This document shows, piece by piece, positions 10,901 to 19,900 of a stretch of DNA of 64,000 bases. The notes beneath the pieces are model-generated. The model had not been told where the DNA came from. It was given only the letters and a program-made list of their open reading frames with translations, and searched no databases. Numbering within the stretch: position 1 is the first letter of the stretch; each line of letters begins with the position of its first letter. Location: positions 64,001 through 128,000 of the IMG/VR virus record IMGVR_UViG_3300045594_000116. One strand, given 5' to 3'. This DNA comes from a virus. Lineage: Duplodnaviria > Caudoviricetes. A program made the translations under genes and the position numbers.

Positions 10901-13900
10901 AAGGATAAATATAAGAAAGAACAGCATAAGATAAGAAAGGCTAAGTTTAATCTTGACAGGGTAAATGGCCTACGAGATAAATACAAAGATCAACTTTCTG
11001 CATTTATGGGCTCCTTTATGGGCGAAGGTAAATCAGAAGATTCTGGTAAGATGAATCTTAAGGATGCTAAGTCCATTCTTCGTAGTGCAGCTAAAGGTGC
11101 TGGAAATTTCTCTGCAGAGACTATCGCTAAAGCAAAAGCTTTAGTAGATGCTGAGCAGAGTGAAAGAATCAATACCAGATCGGTTCAGTTTGCTGACTCT
11201 ATCTTAGGTAATGGAGACTTTAAGAAAACAAGACTGCAGATGGACAAAGCTAAATCTGCAATCATGAAACTCACCCCTAAAGTAGCAGGTGGAGCAGCTG
11301 TCGGTACGGCTGCTGGATTTGTACTTGGTGGTCCTCTTGTCGGTGCTGTATTAGGTTCTGCTACCGCTATTGCTATGAATAGCAAAACGGTAAATGAATT
11401 CTTATTCGGTAAAGTTGGGCAGGATGGAAAGAACGATAATAAAGGTATCTTCTCTGGTAAAACTCAGGAGTCTATCAAAAAATGGTTCCCAGATGCTAAG
11501 AAATACGGCATCACAGGAGGTGTCCTTGGGCTGATTGGGCCGTTTGGACCACTTACTGGTGTAATGTTAGGGTCAGCCATTGGATTCGCTAAACACAACG
11601 ATACTATCAAGAATGCTCTCTTTGGAGAGACCGGCCTTATTAATAAAGGAACTAAACAGAAACTCAAGAAAGCTCTTCCTGCAATGGGAATGGGTGCTGC
11701 TGCTGGTAATGTAGCAGGCTTATTACTTGGTGGGCCTTTCGGTTTATTAGGTAACTCTGTTATCGGCGCTGGCGTTGGAATGCTTGCATCTACTGACCAG
11801 TTCAAAGACACGGTATTCGGTAAAGACGATGGACACGGTCATAGAACTGGCGGCCTCGTTGGTGAGTTTAGAAATGCAGTTTTGAATCCATTTAAGGGCG
11901 GAGTAAAACGCGTTGTAGATAGATTTGGAAGATATCTTTCAGAAGATATCGTTAAGCCTGTAACTAGTGCTATGGCTCCTCTTGGTAAGGTTCTTGAACT
12001 TTCTATCAAGAAAATGGCTAGTGGAATTTCTAGTGTTGTAGGCGGAACTATAAAGAAAGTCCTCTCTCCTGTAACTGATGCAGCCACTCACTATTTCAAG
12101 AAGTTCTTCCTGAATAGCTGGGTAGGTAAGAAAGTAACAGAGGGAGCTAAACTTATTGGCGGTGGATTACTCAAAGTTGCATCTGCACCATCTTGGCTTA
12201 TCGGTAAAGTTGGAGATAAGGCTCGTGGATCTCTTATTAAGTCTGGTAATGCTGATTTCATGTCTGCAGAACAAAGACTTGCATTCGCCGATAAACATGG
12301 CATCAAAGACTATTCATTCTCTGGTCTTGATCAGTCTCTTGCTAATACTGATGCAAAGGGTGCAGAATCCTTAGCAGAACAGTTAAAGCTTATGCGTAAT
12401 AATGGTGAAGGGCTTGAGGATTCTCTTGCTACTTCTAGAGCTAACATGCGTAAAGATGTTCAAAGCAATGGTTCAATAGATAACTTTACTTACCGTAAGA
12501 TTGAGAAGCTTATGGAAGCTGGTAAGTATAAAGAAGCTATAGACTACGTTCAGTCTATGAAAAATATTACTTCTACAGAGAAAATGCGTATTATCAATGC
12601 GCTCAAATCTGGTCAGAAAGAAGTAGCTAAGAAGAGAAATGCAGCTGAAGCTGGTCGTACCAATATTCAAGCTGGCTATGAGAAATTATCTAAGCAGTAT
12701 GGCTTAGATATTACTGGCGATAATGCTAAGAAAATAGAAGCCCTTGCTCGTAAAGAAGCAGAGGCTAAGAGAAAAGATGAAGGTAATGGAAACACCGTAG
12801 AAGGTGAAGCAGCTGATGGTAGCGGTAGCTTAGTTACGGCTATGAATACTAATACTATAGAAACTGTGAATATCCTTACTGAGATTAATAAGAATCTTCA
12901 GGCATTCCTTAATGGAACCAAACCTGGAAATGCTGGTGCTGCATCTGAAAACAGAGCAGCTGCAAATGCTGATAAGACATTTGACCATGGCAATGATAAG
13001 ATAAATCAAAGAGCAGCATCATTAAATGGTGCACTTGAAGATAAGATGTTTGCATTGAATCAGAAGAATGGTTCAATGGTTAGAGCTAATATCTCTGATG
13101 AAAACATCTATAAACTTGCCGATAGCCGTTCTAGAGATGGCAAGAAGAAAGATAGAATGTCTAAACTCAATAAGATTATTGACAGAGGAATCAATCTTAC
13201 TGATACTATCAATATGATTCTTGGTCTTGATGACCCAGAATTTAAAATCATAACGGATTTCTTCGATACCGGTATGAATATGAATGCAACTGAACTTGCT
13301 GAATTCATTGGTGTATGCCATGATGATCGCATCATCGGTTGCGTAAAAGATTTCATTAAAGAAGGTATTCCATTTGAGCATCTTGCTTGGATGAAGAACT
13401 GTGATAATGAAATGAGACGTATGATTATTCAGTTGCATAAAGAGGCTTTGCCTAATGCTACTGCTGATCAGTTATATGCTGTATCTGGTAAATATGGCAC
13501 TATCATCAGTAATGCTAGAAATGGCATGAATGAAGATGAGATCACTAGATCCATCGGTAAGAAGCGTGGTGCCGATCTCAAGCGTGATACCAAAGCATTT
13601 GGTAATCAGGAAGCTTCTGATGTCTCTAAACGCAATAAAATGAATGTAGCATCTGATGCTATGAATAAAGCTGGTAAAGCTACAAATGGTGCTATTGATT
13701 CTATTGGTAATGCCACTATGGCTCCAATTAATCAAGCTAGAGGATTTTTACATACTTCAGCTGCAACTCAGGATGCTAGAAATAGTAGAGCTGCTTCTGA
13801 ACGTGCTGCAAATATAGATAAAGGAAATAATGCTTCTCTTAAAGAAGAGCAGAAAATGATAGAGCAGGCTAATAAGGGCCGTGCCGAAATAGAAAAGAAT

Positions 13901-16900
13901 AGCAAGGAAGCAGTTCCCGTTGGAGCGCATGCTTTTGGCCTTGCTAATTTGATTAGCGGAGGAATGAGTGTTCTCTCTAAAGGTGAGCAGATTCTTTCTC
14001 CTGTTACTAAGGTTCTTAAGAAAGGCTATAATGGCTATCAGAAAGCTAAGAGTATAGCTAATAAGTTTGCTCATCCGATTGACACAGCAATGGGATATGG
14101 CAAGAAGAAATGGAATAAAGCCTATAATGAAGCTAAAGCTATGCAGGCTGCTAAGAACGGTGGAGCCAGTGCTGGTTCTGCTGGTGGAGCTTCTACAGAA
14201 ACTGTAAGTACAGAGTTCGGACCTCAAACTTACACTAGGACTACTGACGGGTCGATGTCATTAGCCAATACGAAAGAGAATAAAGATATCCAGGATAAGA
14301 TGGCTCATAAAGAGGAAATGCAAGAAGAGATTGTTGCTAAACTCGAAGAGATTGCTGATAATACTGGAAATCCTCAGGGTGGTGGAGAACCACAGGGAAA
14401 GAAAAGCGGTGGATTCCTTTCTACGCTTCTTGCTTTACTTGGCGGGTTGCTCTCTATGCTGAATCCATTATCACTTGCTAAGAAACTTTTCTCGATCTTG
14501 AGATCGGTTGGCGGTAAGTTATTTGGAACTATTCTCAAAGATATCCTTCCGGCTATTCTTAAGAGATTCCCTATGCTTGGAAAACTCTTAGGTGGTTTAT
14601 TCTCTGGTGGCGGTGCTGGTGGATTATTCAGCGGCATTAAAGGCCTTGGCGGAAAAGCCCTTGGATGGCTTTCTGACAAAGCTATGATAGCTAAAGACGT
14701 AGCTGGAGGTACACTTAAAGCTATGGGTGGTCTTGCCCTTGACGCAGGCGGTAAAGCATTGAGCTGGGGTAAAGATAAGTTAGGTGGAATACTTGGAGGA
14801 GCAGGCAGAGGCCTAAGTAAACTCGGCGGAAAGATCGGTGGTATCTTTGGCGGAGGATCTTCTTCTGGCGGTGGATTCCTTGGAAAGTTAAAAGGAAAAG
14901 CTGGATCATTGCTTGGAGCTGCTAAAGGAATTGGCGGCAAAGCACTAGGTATGGCTCCTGGACTTGCTAAAGGAGCTGCTGGCCTTATGGTCGGTGGCGG
15001 AATGATAGATGGTATTAAATCTCTTACGTGTACTGCTTTGGATTGGGTTAAGAGCCAGATCTTTGGCGGTGATAGTGGAGATGGTAGCTCAGACGGCAAT
15101 GAGTCTAATGGTGGTGGCGGAGGTTTATTCAATACTGCTATGGATTATGGTGGTAAAGCCGTAGATTGGGCTAGAGATAAAGCTGGTAAAGCTGCTGGTT
15201 GGGTTGGAGATAAAGCTAGTGGCCTCTGGAATGGAGCTAAATCTGTAGCTGGTAAAGCTGCTGGTTGGGTTGGAGATAAAGCATCCGCAATCAAGAATGC
15301 TGGTTCTAAAGCAGTAGATTGGGGACTTAGCCATATAGAGGGTGCTAAAGGCGCAGCTCTTAAAGGATGGCAAGGTATAAAAGGCGTCGCTAGTAGTGCT
15401 ATGGATGCTGGTAGCTCTTTCATGAGCAAAGCAGCTGATGCTGGAAGCGGTGTAATAGAGGCAGTTAAGAATAGAGTAAGTGGCTTACTTAAGACTATTG
15501 GTAACTATGCTGCTAAGATGATTCCTAAGAATATTGCCGGTAAGTTGAGCACTGTTCTTGATAAGATCATGGAAAAGGTTACTAATCCTCAGAACGCTGC
15601 TAAGCTGGCTGAGAAGATTGGTATCAAACAAGGATTTACTGCGGCTGAAGCCGGAGCAGGTCCAGAAACTCTTGGGGTTGGTACGCTTGTTGTAGGTGCT
15701 GCCGAAATTGGTTTCTGGTTCACTAAAGGTTATAACAATGCATCTGAAGATTTCGATCTGAAAGATGGTGTAGAACCAACTACAGGAATGAAGTTCGCAT
15801 CTGGTTTGGCTGAGGCTGTAACAGGCGCTACTCCTATTGGCTACGTTCTTGATGGTAAAGATGTTATCGATATCGTCCAAGACATAATGGGTTCTGATAT
15901 TGGAGCCAGCAATAAAGATGTCAACAGTGCTAACCAAAGCAATGATGGCGCTCAGCAACAGATGAGCGGCGGTAATGATAGCAATGGGGGCGACGGTGGA
16001 GATGATGATAACAAGTCTTGGTTCGATAAAGCGAAAGACTTTGCAGCTAATGCAGCTAGTTCTGCTAAGAATGCGGTCGTAGGTGCTTATGATTGGGCTA
16101 AAGATAAAGTATCTGGTATCGCTTCCGTTATAAAGAATAGATTCGGTAGTGGTAAATGGGGTAGAGGTGCTGGAGATTTCTACTCTCAGTTAGATCCATC
16201 CGTAGCAGGAATGCGTTTCAACGCTCCTGGTGATACTGTAACCCAGACCATTGGTGATTCTGCTTGTGGTCCTGCTTCTATGCTTAATATGGCCTCTGCT
16301 CTTGGTAAAGGCAAATGGGGTAGAAGCAAGTGGGGTAGAGGTGCTTCAGATCTTGTAGCTGCCGCTAAAGATGCCCTTCCTTTCAAAGAAAAAGATGGCG
16401 GTGTCCATCCTGATTACTTTAGAAAAGAAGGAGAAAAGTTAGGTATTCATACTGAGAATATCGGAGTTTCTAATATGGATGCTGCCGTAGATGCAGGTAA
16501 ACCTGTCATCTTAATGGGTAGAGATTCTAATAATAATGGTACTGGTAACACTCCTGGTGTATATGGCCCTTACAACCATTATATCACCGTTACTGGTAAA
16601 GATAAGAAAGGTAATTACATTACACAAGATCCTGAGGGTAACCCGAATCAGAGTGTATCTAAGAATTATCTTAAAGCTCATAGCTCACTTGCTATTGCTG
16701 GTTCTACTGGTAGAGGCAAATGGGGTAGAGCTAAAGCCATGATCGCTAGTGCTGCTAGAAGAGCTAAACTTGGATTTGGCCGTAGCAAATGGGGTCGTGG
16801 TACCGATAATGCTGAAACTATCTGGAACTTGCTTACTACGCAGTATGGCTTGTCTAATCAGGCAGCTGCTGGTATCATGGGTAATATGCAGCAGGAATCA

Positions 16901-19900
16901 GGATTTGATCCGCATGCCGTTCAGGATGGAGGATCTGCTGATGAACCCCCAGATTCTTGCTTGAATGCGGCAGATGGTTCAAATGCATACGGATTGTGCC
17001 AGTGGACTGGATCTAGACTTAGAGCAATGAACGATTTTGCTAAGAGTCAAGGTAAGTCTGCCGGAGATATAGAAGTTCAGTTAGCATTCATGAAGCAGGA
17101 AGCAGGAGATACCTGGAATACGATATCTAATGCTGGAACTGCTGAAGAAGCTGCTACTATTTGGGCTAGAGAATTCGAGCGTTGCGGAATAGATGGTAGT
17201 CGTGTAGCGTATGCTACAGATATCTTCGCTAAGCAGGGCAAAGGAATTACAAATAAGAGCACCCCTTCTGGTAATCAGAATGGTAATAGTAGCGGTGGTA
17301 ATCAGAAGGACTATTCTGGTCTTTATGGTAAAATCGCTAAGATACAGGATGCTTTGTCATCAGCATTCGACTTTGGAGAGAAGAAGCCGGATAACAAAAA
17401 TGGCAATAAGCCTGGTGGTCTGAACGTAACAGGAGACGTTAAGTACGCTGTTCTTAAAGATCTTTCTAAATTCATCAATGGTGGAGATCCTAAAATTGCA
17501 GCTGGTGCACAGGTAGCTATGAAGACTTCACAGCTTACTGGACTGCCGGCAGATCTGATATTCGCACAGATGGTCAATGAATCAGGTTGGTTCAAGAGCG
17601 CGGTTGCAGAAGCAGATCATAACTATGGTGGTATTAAAGCGTATGGTGATGCTAAACGTGGTAGTGCCGCTGATGATGGTGAATACTATCGTCACTTTGA
17701 TAGCGATGAAGAGTATGCACAATACTATGCAACCACCCTTAAGAAATATGAAGAGGATGGTATAGGGCAAGCAGATACTCCAGAAAAATTCGCTCATGCA
17801 TTGAAGGCTGGTGGATATTATGCTGGAGATGAAACTGATTATGCTAATACAATGCGTGGCATTCTTAATGGCGGTGGTGGCAAATGGGGAAGAGGCAGAC
17901 GCTCACTTCCTATAGGTACTACAGCTAAGTATGGCAGAGGATTCTTTAGCAGTATTGCAGATTTCATCAATAATCGTAAGCCTGCGGCAGCTGATGATAG
18001 CGAGCAGGGCTCTGAATATACAGATACCAAGCCAAATCCTAACGGAGATAGTGGCGGGGATGATAGTTCATCTTCTAGCGACGACAGTAGCAGTAGTGAT
18101 GATAGTAGCAAAGACAAAGATGGAAAAGATAAAGATAAGAAAAAGGACGATAAGAACAAAAAGCCTGATTCGAACTCTGAGGATATTGGCGATGGTGGTA
18201 TGCTTGATAAAATCGGCACTACTGCAGAAACCATGGCAAAGAGCCTTCACGATACAATAGCCCCAATAATTAAATCTATTGGCGGATTGGCCACTAAAAT
18301 ATTTGGTAGTAACATTACCAAGATCTTTGGTAAGACTAATCCATTTGAAAAACAATTTAGTTCTGGTAGTGAGAGTAGCAACAAAGATGGAGATAACAAA
18401 TCCGGCAACAAGGATTCTAAAGGAAAGCAGCTGCCTGGTGTTAAAGTAGCTGGAAATCCGGTAGAAATGTTGACCAGTAATCTGCATGCTCCTGTTACCT
18501 CTGACTATGGAGCCACCGATGGGCGTCCTGATGCAGGAGCACATGGTGGTGTAGATATAGGAGCTGAGCAAGGCACTCCGGTTCCATCCACTGTATCTGG
18601 TACTGCTACATGGGTACCGCCAGCGGGTTCCGGTGGTGGCGGATATGGTAATGCCGTCCAGGTAAAGGATTCTAAAGGAAACTTCCATATGTTTGCTCAT
18701 ATGGATTCACAGGCTGTATCACAAGGACAAACAGTCGCTAAAGGAGATATTCTTGGATATGTAGGAAGTACAGGCATATCTACAGGACCGCATCTTCACT
18801 ATGAGATAGACCCTCCAGAAAATGAAAATGCTGTTAAGAGGGGTGAACACATTGATCCTAATAGTTATTCAGTAGAAGGATTGGGGAAGTGGGGTTTAGG
18901 TGCAAGACCTAAGCATAGTGGATATGCGGATGTCGACAGCAAGCATCCTATGTCTAAAAAAATAATGCAGATTTCTGATGCCGCAAGTATACTCTCTCAC
19001 AAACAAGTTCATGAAGCTGCTAAAAGCGCTGGATTGGCTGCTAGTGGTAAATGGGGTAGAGGCATTGGCAGTTGGCTGAAGCGCGTAGGCGGAAGTGTAA
19101 GAGACTTTGCAGTTCATAGCGTTAGAAGTATCGGAGGATTCTTATCTGGCGATGCTAACGACGATACAGCTAAAACAGATGTTCCGACGGAGAAAGAAGT
19201 AGCTCCAAATGGAAAGAATTACGAAACTAATGATGTCAAATATCTGACTGATAAAGGATATACTAGAGAGGATGCTCTCAAGTTCCTCGCTACAGATCCT
19301 AAATATGCTGGCAAGGCTGGCGATGATATAGCTCCAAATGGTACTAAATATTCTGAGAATGATATTAAGTATTTGCTGAGCAAAGGATACACTAGAGCGG
19401 ATGCTCTCAAGTTCCTCGCTACAGATCCTAAGTATGCTAAAGCAGCAGGCAAGGGTAAGTGGGGTCGTGGTGGAATCGGAAGTTGGTTCCATCGTATTAC
19501 TACGAGCGTTGGAGACTTTGTGTCTCATGGCGTAAAGAGTATAGGTGGTTTCTTATCTGGTGATGCTAAAGCCGATACAACTAAAACAGATGTTCCAACT
19601 GAGAAAGAAGTAGCTCCAAATGGAAAGAACTACGAAACTAATGATGTCAAATATTTGACTGATAAAGGATATAGTAGAGAAGATGCTCTCAAGTTCCTCG
19701 CTACAGATCCTAAATATGCTGGTAAAGCCGGCGATGATACAGCTCCAAATGGTACTAAGTATTCTGAGAATGATATTAAGTATCTTTTGAGTAAAGGATA
19801 CACTAGAGCGGATGCTCTTAAGTTCCTCGCTACAGATCCTAAATATGCTAAAGCTTCTGGTAAGGGTAAGTGGGGTCGTGGTGGAATCGGAAGTTGGTTC

